Origin: a virus
Taxonomy: Duplodnaviria; Heunggongvirae; Uroviricota; Caudoviricetes
Strand: one strand, 5' to 3'
IMG/VR virus record: IMGVR_UViG_2558860288_000006
DNA: 47,388 nt
The notes under the pieces were generated by a model. That model was given only the letters and a program-made list of their open reading frames with translations, did not search any database and was not told where the DNA came from. Of this stretch, positions 1 to 8,809 are shown piece by piece. Position 1 is the stretch's first letter, and each line of letters opens with the position of its first letter. The position numbers and the translations under genes are program-made.

Positions 1-954
1 ATGACTAGCCGCCGCATTGCCTATGCTTATTTCGATCCTGTATGGGATAAAAGCATACACAGTACAGCACAGTTAGTTCGTACAAGTGTTGGACCATTAG
101 AATATCAAGAAGAAATGAAAGATCATCTCATTTGTCCCCAATGTTATGAGCCACTTAATCGTATACCATCAGAGTCAAGTATAACGATTATGACTGACGG
201 GCGAGAAGCTCTCTTCCGCCACTACCCAAATCCAAATGCTCCTTTTTGTTTGTTGAGAAGCGGAGCTATTATCGGGAAACGCTATTCTAGTGAAGAAGAA
301 GCCCAAAAAGCTGTTAGCGACAATGATGTCATTATCATATCCGGATTCATGCAGGAACGACCAGAACTTGTATATCGTGATAATACAGATTCTTCCGCCA
401 CTCGAACGGAAATGTACTTTGAAAGTAAAAATGGGGTATTTGTTGAAATTCCCATCTCTCGTCATCAAGGTGAAACATTCAATCTGCCCAGTAAGATAAC
501 AAGCGTGCAAGCTCTATGTACTAACTTTCAAGAAAACTACTATAAAGAGATATTTATCACCACTGGCACTAGTCTCGCTCGCAGTTATATTTTTTGCGAT
601 GCATTAAAAAGTATTTCTGATATCCGCTCTGAACAAGAAGAACCGGGGTTTTATTTTGGTGAAATAAGTTCAATAGAACAACATACTAATCATTCAACCG
701 TATGGTTAAAATTAAAAGGTTCTTGTTATTATCCTGATTTCAGAGTGCGAATAGAAAATAACACTGCAATTTCTCGTGGTATAACGGACGAAAATGCAAA
801 AAATAGAATTATTATTTTTTACACTCCAATATCATCTGTCGGCATGGGATACTGGACACATATTTTGAAATGGGGGGAAGTAGGTTTACTGGCTGAAAAA
901 CACAAAGATTTTTTACTTGACGATTATAACAAGAAACACACTAGTAACTGTTGA
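1..954 (+). CDS. Hypothetical protein (317 aa), orphan cargo gene at the tail-fibre end
   Basis: ATG-initiated 317-aa ORF, visibly AT-richer than neighbours, convergent with the minus-strand fibre assembly gene; no motif I can assign (single CPQC pair only). Confidence 0.5.
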   Translation: MTSRRIAYAYFDPVWDKSIHSTAQLVRTSVGPLEYQEEMKDHLICPQCYEPLNRIPSESSITIMTDGREALFRHYPNPNAPFCLLRSGAIIGKRYSSEEEAQKAVSDNDVIIISGFMQERPELVYRDNTDSSATRTEMYFESKNGVFVEIPISRHQGETFNLPSKITSVQALCTNFQENYYKEIFITTGTSLARSYIFCDALKSISDIRSEQEEPGFYFGEISSIEQHTNHSTVWLKLKGSCYYPDFRVRIENNTAISRGITDENAKNRIIIFYTPISSVGMGYWTHILKWGEVGLLAEKHKDFLLDDYNKKHTSNC

Positions 955-1042
955 AATCATTAAAATATAATTTTCTTGGGCTAATGGCACACAATTCTTC
1001 GTTGCGAATGTGTAACAAAAGCCCAAAATCACCCGTAAATTA

Positions 1043-1606
1043 CTAGTTAATTGCCAGCTTTCTGATTGAGCTCAGATCCTTCAGTGTATTTAACGCTTCT
1101 TTCATCTCTCGCTGACGGCGATAAATTTCATCATTGCGATCAACCTGCGCCTGAACCATTGCAGTAAGTAGCTCATCCAGTTGTTGCATTGACAACTTTA
1201 CCTGCTGATTTTCCGCATCGCCCCACGTCATGACGTCCCGTGCTGTGTCGGATTTCGATGCCATCGCCACCGGATAAAGACGGGCCATAGAATCCGGCCC
1301 CCCGTTCCAGCTATGACCGTTCCATTCAAAAATGAATGGCTGCGCCTCCTGCTCTGTACGCCATGCTTCAATTTCCCGGCGTTTGGCTGCTTTTGCTGCT
1401 TCCAGCATCTCTGGCGTGACGGTGAACGGCGTTATTTCTCCCCATCTCCCGCTTTGCAGCTCCTGCCAGACTCGCTGCCCTGTCTCTGCTGTATCCGTGG
1501 CAGTTGCCGTATACGGAACCGGTTCATCCATGCCATCAAACAACACCCCGCAGTCAATCGCGCCATTTTCAAGATAACGCGCATTTTCGATGCGTTTTAT
1601 TTCCAT
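1043..1606 (-). CDS. Tail fibre assembly protein (Tfa-like chaperone)
   Basis: 187 aa from ATG at 1606 (MEIKRIENARYLENG...), immediately downstream of a fibre gene; the track ORF start at 1639 is an upstream extension. Confidence 0.6.
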   Translation of the reverse strand: MEIKRIENARYLENGAIDCGVLFDGMDEPVPYTATATDTAETGQRVWQELQSGRWGEITPFTVTPEMLEAAKAAKRREIEAWRTEQEAQPFIFEWNGHSWNGGPDSMARLYPVAMASKSDTARDVMTWGDAENQQVKLSMQQLDELLTAMVQAQVDRNDEIYRRQREMKEALNTLKDLSSIRKLAIN

Positions 1607-1613
1607 AAAACAC

Positions 1614-3038
1614 CTACGCAATACGTATGAACAAACCAATCATGACACTGGCTGACCCGGCAGACCCGAGCCCATCACCTGACAGTGCCCGATATGACCC
1701 CGGCATACCACCACCAGAACCCCGCACATATACGGAAACGCTGCCGTTATATCCAACCCCGCTACCGGTCGTGCCGTGACACATAAATTCAACCGCGCTC
1801 AGGCGTGACCCCGGATAGCTGTAACCGCGTTTTATCCGGCGGTCGGTGTCTGCGTCTCCCTTACCGTTATAAGCCGCCAGTACAAGACTGCCTGCACCGT
1901 ACCAGCCGTCCGTGGTACCGGGAGCAATACCGGACAGAAGAGAGATAATGTCCTGTGAGGTAATCTTCAGATTTTCCCAGCCAGTCAGATAACCATTACC
2001 TGTTGTCCAGTAGCGGTTGTAATAAACATCGCCATTAATACCGTAGAAAATAATGGCCTTTGCTGTATATCGCGGCTCCGGTGGATTATTGCGTGCCTCA
2101 ACCCACCGGATGCGGACCATCCCGTTAAACAACACACCTCCGGATATGATTTTACTGTCACCCTCAACAAAATATTCACCCGGCGTCGCATTCCTTACCC
2201 AGGACAGAAAATCATCCTCTGTGTTAAAACGGATACGCTCTGCGGGCAAAAAAATATGCCCAAAACCAAATGCGCCAGGTGTCGCCAGACGCCCTTCAGT
2301 CCGGTCACGAATGTCGCTCTGTGGCGTCATTGTGGCAGCGCTTTTCAGTCCAAGATTAGCACGGGATTCCTGCTGAGCCTCTTCACCTTCATCAGCCAGC
2401 TCTGATAAACGATTCGCCGTTTTCAGTGTCGCAGATAACGCAGTATCAATATCTGCTCTGGCCTGCTCTGCACCGGATGCGGCCTTTTTCGCGGCTTCAG
2501 CATCCTGCCTGACCTCCGCGGCGGTATCCTCAACCCGTGAGGCCAGATTTTCGGCCTGTTGTTTACCCTCCGCAACCGCGTCGGCGTTCTGCTGAACACC
2601 TTCCGCCAGTTTTTTTACCTCTTCTTTTGCACGGGCGGCAGCGTCTGCATGTTGCCCTGCCTGTCGTTCGCTTTCTGTTGCAGTTTCCGCGCTCTGCTGC
2701 GCCTGCGCCACCATTTCCTCAAAACGTTTCACCACGTCGGGTTTGAGGTCACCTTCATCGATGGCTGTCAGAAAATCATTCAGCGTGCCGGGCTTTGAGT
2801 CATCGTATACAGCAATATCGCCAACACAGTACTCGTCGCGCCAGTCCTGTTTCAGATATACGCAATATTTTCCGGTCTGCGCCTTAAAAGAGTACTCGCC
2901 ACAGTTTCCTGTCACCACGTCGGCAACTGTGCGCATCACCACCTCTGAGGTGTTTACCCGGGATTTCAGAATAATGTGGCATCCGGACATGGGGATGCCT
3001 GCGCCATCAATCAGCGCACCTGATATCACTACAGACAT
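1614..3038 (-). CDS. Tail fibre protein (second fibre)
   Basis: 474 aa; long Ala/Glu/Gln-rich predicted coiled-coil segment and Gly-rich C-terminus (GSGGGMPGSYRALSGDGLGSAGSAS) typical of fibre distal domains; followed by a Tfa-like gene. Confidence 0.65.
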   Translation of the reverse strand: MSVVISGALIDGAGIPMSGCHIILKSRVNTSEVVMRTVADVVTGNCGEYSFKAQTGKYCVYLKQDWRDEYCVGDIAVYDDSKPGTLNDFLTAIDEGDLKPDVVKRFEEMVAQAQQSAETATESERQAGQHADAAARAKEEVKKLAEGVQQNADAVAEGKQQAENLASRVEDTAAEVRQDAEAAKKAASGAEQARADIDTALSATLKTANRLSELADEGEEAQQESRANLGLKSAATMTPQSDIRDRTEGRLATPGAFGFGHIFLPAERIRFNTEDDFLSWVRNATPGEYFVEGDSKIISGGVLFNGMVRIRWVEARNNPPEPRYTAKAIIFYGINGDVYYNRYWTTGNGYLTGWENLKITSQDIISLLSGIAPGTTDGWYGAGSLVLAAYNGKGDADTDRRIKRGYSYPGSRLSAVEFMCHGTTGSGVGYNGSVSVYVRGSGGGMPGSYRALSGDGLGSAGSASVMIGLFIRIA

Positions 3039-3061
3039 AGTTTTTCTCGCGATAAATTAAA

Positions 3062-3607
3062 TCAGGAAGAGGCTTCCGGAGAGACGGGCCATTCAATGGC
3101 GTTATATGAGGTTTTATCAGCGATGGTGCTGAAATCCATCGCCTGCAGCGATTTCGCGTAAATGCGGTACGCTTTCAGCTTCTCCCTGTCTTCATCACTG
3201 ATTAATCCCAGCAGCAGGTCTTTTTCCCATTCGCTGGTCATGATGCTGACCCGTTGTAACAGGGCATCGCGCTCATCTTCCGCTTTAAGTTTGTAGTCGA
3301 AGACAAATTTATCGTCGCGGTAAAACCAGTAACCAGGCACGGTAATACGGCGGTTAGCGGTAATATCAGGAACTTCAATAACACTGGCGTTACGGGGTTC
3401 AATGCCTGTCACATCCTTACCGACCCACACCACGCGCCCGTCTCCGGTGTAAACCATTTTTATGGTGTCACTGGCAAAATTTTTCAGCTCTTCATACCAG
3501 TTTTTGTCATCTTCCGAAAAAAGCCAGGTGATACCATGTTGTTTTGTCATCTGATATTGTTCTGCGGTTTTCGGATTGCCTGCAGTAATATTTTTTAAAT
3601 GCAACAT
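3062..3607 (-). CDS. Tail fibre assembly/chaperone protein (first cassette)
   Basis: 181 aa ORF directly downstream of the first fibre gene; sequence differs from the second Tfa, so assignment is by position. Confidence 0.5.
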   Translation of the reverse strand: MLHLKNITAGNPKTAEQYQMTKQHGITWLFSEDDKNWYEELKNFASDTIKMVYTGDGRVVWVGKDVTGIEPRNASVIEVPDITANRRITVPGYWFYRDDKFVFDYKLKAEDERDALLQRVSIMTSEWEKDLLLGLISDEDREKLKAYRIYAKSLQAMDFSTIADKTSYNAIEWPVSPEASS

Positions 3608-3609
3608 TG

Positions 3610-4995
3610 TTAAACACTCGCCACGTTATACCAGGTGCCGTTAATCAGTTTCTGAAGCGGTCGGTAATACACGCCGTTGACGTTATCCGCTGAATTTTTA
3701 CCAGTATCCGATATCGATATCCCTGACAATCCGTGTCCCGCAGGAGCGTGATATGTCCAGGAGATTACATTGCTGCCAGGGTTGTAATACATTTCGGAAC
3801 CATAGCGCACATCCTGCACTCCCTCTGTTCGCTGCTTATACCTTGCATCAAAGTTTCCGTAGTCTGACGGTGTTACCCTACCAGAAATGTTCATGGACCT
3901 GTTGCTTTGTAGCGTCCCGTTCTGAAAACGGAATATATGCTGGCCATTGGCATAAATATCCAGCAGGCCGTCGCCATTCTGCTTTATACCCGTATCGTTA
4001 TCCCCGAAAGCAATTGAGTTTCCGCCCAGCGCGTTCTGAACGCCGATACCCAGCGCACCATTGACCTGCGAACCACCGCCAACAGACACTTTATGCGACA
4101 TGGATATTTCGCCCGTCCGCAGATTAATAGTGAACGGGCGAAGTGGACCAATATCGCCGTTTTCGCCCTGATTTTCCCTGGTAGGAATGAGATGCAGGCA
4201 CTCTTCCGAACGACGAAAAATCAGACCAAAGGCTTCGTTGAAAATCCTCAGCGCATTAACACCACGGATTTTCAGCTCCCCGGTCATCAAATCACCAGAT
4301 TTTTTTACATATCGCAGATCAAAATCTGAATAGATATTGCCGGGGTTTATCACACTGAAATAGCTTTTCTCGCTATCAAGAAGGCAAATCAAAGGAATAC
4401 CCTTAATGATATCATTCGCTACCAGCTCGGACTTGTTCCCCTTATAAAGTGGGAACGAACCAAGAACCTTTCCGCCTAGTGTTAATTGAAGCGTCGCGGC
4501 GTTGGTATTGTTCTGAACGGGGAAAACGATAATCGGAGTTCGTAGCGTCCAATCTGTACCTCCATTAACAAAAAACGTCGAGGGAACTTCCAGCGTCAGT
4601 GCGTTTGCAGTGCCGCCAGCAACACCCGCAATATAATGACCGCTCTGAAGCTGCGCTATCTGTACGAAATAGTTTTCCGAACCACGCGTGGCAAAGTTAG
4701 CCACAACATCATTAAGGGACCAACCTTTCGCGGTTGTTCCTTCCTGCCCACGAATGACTTTCAACACATCACCGCTTACCGATACCAAATGACAAATCTC
4801 AAATGCAGACTCTTTATTATCGGTAAGCGTAATTTTTGCATAGACGCGTTGCCCGTTCGATTTATTTTCAAAATCGGCAGAAAGCAATTTTGCAAATTTA
4901 GCTCCCGTGCCCGGCATCACCGGAATATCAGTCTGAATCGTCGTAATATCACCAGCCAGTGCTGAAACAACGTTATTTCCGAATCCAAGAATCAT
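3610..4995 (-). CDS. Tail fibre protein (first fibre)
   Basis: 461 aa, follows baseplate J/I-like genes, Gly/Asn/Ser-rich beta-type composition; gene order as in P2 V-W-J-I-H-G. Confidence 0.6.
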   Translation of the reverse strand: MILGFGNNVVSALAGDITTIQTDIPVMPGTGAKFAKLLSADFENKSNGQRVYAKITLTDNKESAFEICHLVSVSGDVLKVIRGQEGTTAKGWSLNDVVANFATRGSENYFVQIAQLQSGHYIAGVAGGTANALTLEVPSTFFVNGGTDWTLRTPIIVFPVQNNTNAATLQLTLGGKVLGSFPLYKGNKSELVANDIIKGIPLICLLDSEKSYFSVINPGNIYSDFDLRYVKKSGDLMTGELKIRGVNALRIFNEAFGLIFRRSEECLHLIPTRENQGENGDIGPLRPFTINLRTGEISMSHKVSVGGGSQVNGALGIGVQNALGGNSIAFGDNDTGIKQNGDGLLDIYANGQHIFRFQNGTLQSNRSMNISGRVTPSDYGNFDARYKQRTEGVQDVRYGSEMYYNPGSNVISWTYHAPAGHGLSGISISDTGKNSADNVNGVYYRPLQKLINGTWYNVASV

Positions 4996-5618
4996 TTTTG
5001 AATCACCGTTGTTGCATAGGAATAAATAAAAGGGAGTTTTACATATTTCTGGTCAATGGCATCTTTCAGAAAATAGCCTATACCATCACCATATTCTGGT
5101 ATCTGAATAGAAAAAACACTGTCCGATACAGTCACGCTCACATCAAAAGTGTGCTGCAACGGCGGGTCTATTCCGTTTTTCCCATGAATGAACCGTGCCA
5201 CACGGCGCTTTAACCAGTCAATGCAGAAATGCGAACCGTCAGCCTTATAAAAATTCCAAGTTAATATTCGCTTGAAATAATCATCCGGAACATACGATGC
5301 CTGCCCCGGAACATAATTCCGCATTGCCGCATAAGGGATTGTATTGTATTCAATGGTATCGTATGCGCCGCGTGCAATAGCCTCCTCGGAAACCTGTAGT
5401 AAAGGCCTTTCAACGCCATAAATCCCGAGAGCAATCCAGTCCAGCAATTGCCCGGTTATTGATTCCGATGTCCAGCATGGCAATGCCAGATTGTTGAGTG
5501 AATCGAGGTATTCCTGAGCAATTTCATTGTATGCATCAAAGAACGCAACAACATTCGGATCATCTCTGTACTGCACAAACGGATAAGCAGGGAGAATTTT
5601 TTCAGTCAGATATTGCAT
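4992..5618 (-). CDS. Baseplate/tail protein (gpI-like position)
   Basis: ORF downstream of the J-like gene; ATG at 5618 (MQYLTEKILP...) chosen over longer in-frame extensions that would overlap the upstream gene by more than 100 nt. Confidence 0.45.
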   Translation of the reverse strand: MQYLTEKILPAYPFVQYRDDPNVVAFFDAYNEIAQEYLDSLNNLALPCWTSESITGQLLDWIALGIYGVERPLLQVSEEAIARGAYDTIEYNTIPYAAMRNYVPGQASYVPDDYFKRILTWNFYKADGSHFCIDWLKRRVARFIHGKNGIDPPLQHTFDVSVTVSDSVFSIQIPEYGDGIGYFLKDAIDQKYVKLPFIYSYATTVIQK

Positions 5619-6828
5619 ACTTGTTAACTTGAACCTGTGATACCACCGTCGAAAAATAGGAATAGGTATCGCCATAAACCAGGCTTGTGTCTTTTGCCGG
5701 AGGAACAATATGGCCATTAATGCCAATGCTCACACTGATTGTTGAGATCAACGTCGCATCAACCAACAATCTGACGGAACTGGTAAAAATATCCTGGATT
5801 CGCAGCAGATTTATCGGGTGTCCGACTTCAATAGAATTGATGTAATCAGCAACGTTTTGCTGCACAGCCATAGCAATACCCGCCGGATCAACATAATCAT
5901 CAGATACAGTGTTCCAGGTGATTAGCACCATGACGTTTTGTGATGACGGGATAACGAACGGCACCTGATAAACATCTGGCGAAACGGTTATTGAAACCGT
6001 GCGTTTTTCCACTGCCGCACCAGATGGATTGCTAACATCGTTGGTCAGTTTCGAAATATCCGGTACAGATTTGTAAATAGCATAAGCCACATCATACGGA
6101 TCACCGCCACCAACAACCGCAACCCATTTCCCCAGCGACGACTGCCGGAAAGAAATCAGGTTTTCTCGCACACCGCTTACTGATTTGAGCATCGCTTTAA
6201 AGCAATCCGGTGTTCCCTGCACACCAAACATGCCGGACTCCATGACTTCGGCGCGGTAAGATGCCCACGTTTGCGCCTCCTGACCTGGCATCCCTGCGGT
6301 AAGGTTCGTGCATTTTACAGGCTGATCTTTGGGTACCGATGTAATGACCTGCGTTACGGTTCCTTCCGGTACAGCCCATGAGCCTGACGTTGTGGCCACA
6401 CAGTAGACTGGCTCAGTCTGCCCGCTTTCCGGCACCACCGTATCGCGGGAAACTGCATACTGGTAGTTGCCGTCACCGACAACAAATCCTTTAGGGATAC
6501 CAAACCCCGGCAACGCCTCAAACACCACGTATACCGCCGTATTTGTACTTAATCCCTTCTGTGCTCCATAAATGTTTCCGAGTTGCATCAGTAACGGAAT
6601 ATTTGCGCCGTATGGGCTTACGGAGTTAATAAGGTCCACCCGCGCCTGGTCTATTAATGCCAGCGCCCCGACAGCCGTGCTGGCAAGGTCTGTAATAAGC
6701 CCCGCCGGAAGGTTGGCTGTATATCCAGGTACTTTTTCGGCAACTCTGGTGATAAGATTCGCGAGCAAATCATTGGGTGGCGTAGGCTGCGCCCCCGCAC
6801 TGGTCATAGTAATTGGTATTTCTGACAT
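5602..6828 (-). CDS. Baseplate J-like protein
   Basis: 408 aa; size and position between W-like and I-like genes in a contractile-tail baseplate cluster. Confidence 0.55.
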   Translation of the reverse strand: MSEIPITMTSAGAQPTPPNDLLANLITRVAEKVPGYTANLPAGLITDLASTAVGALALIDQARVDLINSVSPYGANIPLLMQLGNIYGAQKGLSTNTAVYVVFEALPGFGIPKGFVVGDGNYQYAVSRDTVVPESGQTEPVYCVATTSGSWAVPEGTVTQVITSVPKDQPVKCTNLTAGMPGQEAQTWASYRAEVMESGMFGVQGTPDCFKAMLKSVSGVRENLISFRQSSLGKWVAVVGGGDPYDVAYAIYKSVPDISKLTNDVSNPSGAAVEKRTVSITVSPDVYQVPFVIPSSQNVMVLITWNTVSDDYVDPAGIAMAVQQNVADYINSIEVGHPINLLRIQDIFTSSVRLLVDATLISTISVSIGINGHIVPPAKDTSLVYGDTYSYFSTVVSQVQVNKYAISD

Positions 6829-6840
6829 ATTTACTCCATT

Positions 6841-6866
6841 AAAAAACCCGCTTTCGCGGGTTTTTT
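6841..6866. terminator. Intrinsic terminator hairpin (palindromic, usable on either strand)
   Basis: aaaaaacccgc-tttc-gcgggtttttt: GC stem with 4-nt loop flanked by A6 and T6, 2 nt after the stop of the nuclease-domain gene. Confidence 0.55.
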
Positions 6867-6868
6867 AC

Positions 6869-8029
6869 TTATTCAACCTCTTCTAAACTGCTCACTCTGG
6901 ACCCTCGGCGGAAATTATCATCATTTTTAACATACTCGTATGAATCCAGAATCAAACCAGATATGCGAAGTATATCTTCCGGATTAGTTATATGTATCCT
7001 TTTACCATCCGTATCAAGTCGAGCTCGTCTTATTTCATTCAACTGAACTTCACTAAGCGAAATAGGTAATGTTATAAATGAAGATTTTTTATCATAAAAT
7101 CTTAACAGCCATCTATTAGTTTTACCATTCAATAGTACACCAAAATATGACTCAGTATCTTTATATTCTATATTATCTTCTGTTTGTATGATTTGTTTTA
7201 CCCTTTCAAATAGTTCCAATTCTTTGGCTGTGGTTATTATGTTGGGGTTTTCTTCATCAACAATGGCGTTATTAACTTGTGTATCCGTTGCATCATTTTC
7301 TTTAGTTTGCTCTACCGGTTGTGTAGATAGCCCGGAAACCACCATTGCGCTAACAGCGCGCTCAACGGCCTGTTTAACTAATGGAGTCACGAACTCAAGA
7401 AATCTCTGATTAAGTTGTCTCTCAATATTTGAACGACTAGCAACATATCGAACAAACTCCAGATCAACTTCACGAAGACTAGAACTGATTGTTTTAGTAA
7501 ATGAATTCAAATAAACACTTTCTTCAGCCAGTGTCCGCAAAGCCTCTGGTTTGAATTTATCATAACGAAAACGAAATAATTGTGTAATATCGGAGTGAGT
7601 TAGAGAATCCATTCTTATTTTTAAAAACGGCGTTGAATCCATTATGTTTTTTTGTTTCAAATCCGTAAAAAAACGCCATTCAACACCATTTGTAATGGCT
7701 GATATAGTAACTTCCGGTGTTGAATTAAAATATCTTGATAGCTGTGGGCAGTGATTATCAATTTGTTCTGAAAACGATTTCGCCTCAATGAACATCACAG
7801 GAACATCATGACAAAATAAAGCGTAATCAACCCGTTCATTAGCCTTAACCCCGGGGAAGTCAGCACTATACTCAGCTTTGACTTTTCTTGGATCATACGG
7901 AGTAAAACCAAGAATATCTAGAAATGGCATAATGAGTGCTTGTTTTGTCGTTTCTTCAGTTGTACAAAACACCCCCATTTTTGCAACATGCTCTGTGTGT
8001 ATTTTTAACTTATTTGCAAAATTTTCCAT
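6869..8029 (-). CDS. PD-(D/E)xK nuclease-domain protein (type I restriction HsdR N-terminal / Mrr-like fold) with uncharacterised C-terminal region
   Basis: Motif block ...TKQALIMPFLDILGF...ERVDYALFCHDVPVMFIEAKS (Asp73, Glu87-x-Lys89 in track numbering); AT-rich; inserted between baseplate W-like and J-like genes; ATG at 8029 has a GGAGG SD, alternative ATG at 8044. Confidence 0.6.
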   Translation of the reverse strand: MENFANKLKIHTEHVAKMGVFCTTEETTKQALIMPFLDILGFTPYDPRKVKAEYSADFPGVKANERVDYALFCHDVPVMFIEAKSFSEQIDNHCPQLSRYFNSTPEVTISAITNGVEWRFFTDLKQKNIMDSTPFLKIRMDSLTHSDITQLFRFRYDKFKPEALRTLAEESVYLNSFTKTISSSLREVDLEFVRYVASRSNIERQLNQRFLEFVTPLVKQAVERAVSAMVVSGLSTQPVEQTKENDATDTQVNNAIVDEENPNIITTAKELELFERVKQIIQTEDNIEYKDTESYFGVLLNGKTNRWLLRFYDKKSSFITLPISLSEVQLNEIRRARLDTDGKRIHITNPEDILRISGLILDSYEYVKNDDNFRRGSRVSSLEEVE

Positions 8030-8179
8030 GCTTGTCTCCTCCATGGTAACAATATGTATTTTGCAAATCCGAAATAATATATGTCAATATGCTCCAGCTT
8101 AGAAAATTACTCGCCCCCCCTAAAATATCTCTCTACAGCACTCCAAACCAAGGTAAAAGTTTTATCATAAAACTGTGAT

Positions 8180-8527
8180 TCATACCGGCACCTGCGTCCG
8201 GTAACTGGTCCCATTAAAAAACACAACATCGATGTTATAGGTGGGGTTATCTGCTCCATCTACCTTTGAAATTGCCAGTGATGCAAAATACCCAGCAAAC
8301 TGTTGCTGAACCATGTTCACATAGTAGTCTGGGTAAATCTGCTGCACGATGCACTGCTGTGCAGGAATACCGTAATTCGCGTAAAACGGCGACTCCCCCA
8401 ATCCCAGCTTTAACGTCTGAATGAGCGTCGTCAGCCAGCCGTAGGAGAAATCACCGTTGGCGTCAGATTCTACTGCAACCCATTTTTTGTTGCCGTTCGC
8501 GTCGGTGACGCGGCCCCATGTTCTCAT
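8180..8527 (-). CDS. Baseplate wedge protein (gpW/gp25-like)
   Basis: 115 aa, same length as P2 gpW by my recollection, sits between V-like and J-like genes. Confidence 0.45.
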   Translation of the reverse strand: MRTWGRVTDANGNKKWVAVESDANGDFSYGWLTTLIQTLKLGLGESPFYANYGIPAQQCIVQQIYPDYYVNMVQQQFAGYFASLAISKVDGADNPTYNIDVVFFNGTSYRTQVPV

Positions 8528-8712
8528 CGTGCCCCCATCACTTTAACTAACTCTGTCAGTACTGGTGAAAAGGCAAATGCTAAAGCTACGAGTGCAGCGG
8601 TGTAATACATGCGTCGTAAGGTATTGCTTTTTGCCACTAATTTTAAGGCTTTCACAATCCAGTCTCCTCCGCTAAAATTAATCACGGAAGACCTCCAAAC
8701 ATACGTAATCAT
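8524..8712 (-). CDS. Small hypothetical protein, possibly membrane-associated
   Basis: 62 aa from ATG at 8712; C-terminal hydrophobic stretch YYTAALVALAFAFSPVL; stop overlaps the start of the W-like gene (ATGA); weak SD. Confidence 0.25.
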   Translation of the reverse strand: MITYVWRSSVINFSGGDWIVKALKLVAKSNTLRRMYYTAALVALAFAFSPVLTELVKVMGAR

Positions 8713-8742
8713 CCCTTGCGTATTCAAGGTGAGAAACAGAAA

Positions 8743-8777
8743 CCCCCGACTGGGCCAACAGTCGGGGGTTTCGTTTT
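8743..8777. terminator. Hairpin with flanking T/A-rich tracts (putative terminator/attenuator inside the tail operon)
   Basis: cccccgact-gggccaac-agtcggggg, 9-bp stem, followed by tttcgtttt on the plus strand and preceded by gaaacagaaa. Confidence 0.4.
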
Positions 8778-8809
8778 ATGGTTAGAATTTAAAGTGAAAT
8801 GAACCGGTA

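Noticed and set aside
955-1042. Possible terminator between the convergent orphan gene and tail-fibre assembly gene (imperfect inverted repeat cacacaattc...gaatgtgt)
   Set aside because: The stem is interrupted and there is no U-tract on either strand immediately after it; not supportable as an intrinsic terminator by eye.
1043-4995. Invertible host-range segment (G-segment / pin-type) at the duplicated fibre genes
   Set aside because: Both fibre cassettes are in the same orientation, no serine-invertase gene is present in the window and I found no inverted crossover repeats flanking the fibre C-terminal regions.
8045-8179. Sigma-70 promoter for the nuclease-domain gene
   Set aside because: A TTGACA is present on the minus strand (plus tgtcaa 8082-8087) but no acceptable -10 hexamer lies 16-18 nt downstream; an independent promoter is likely but cannot be positioned from sequence alone.
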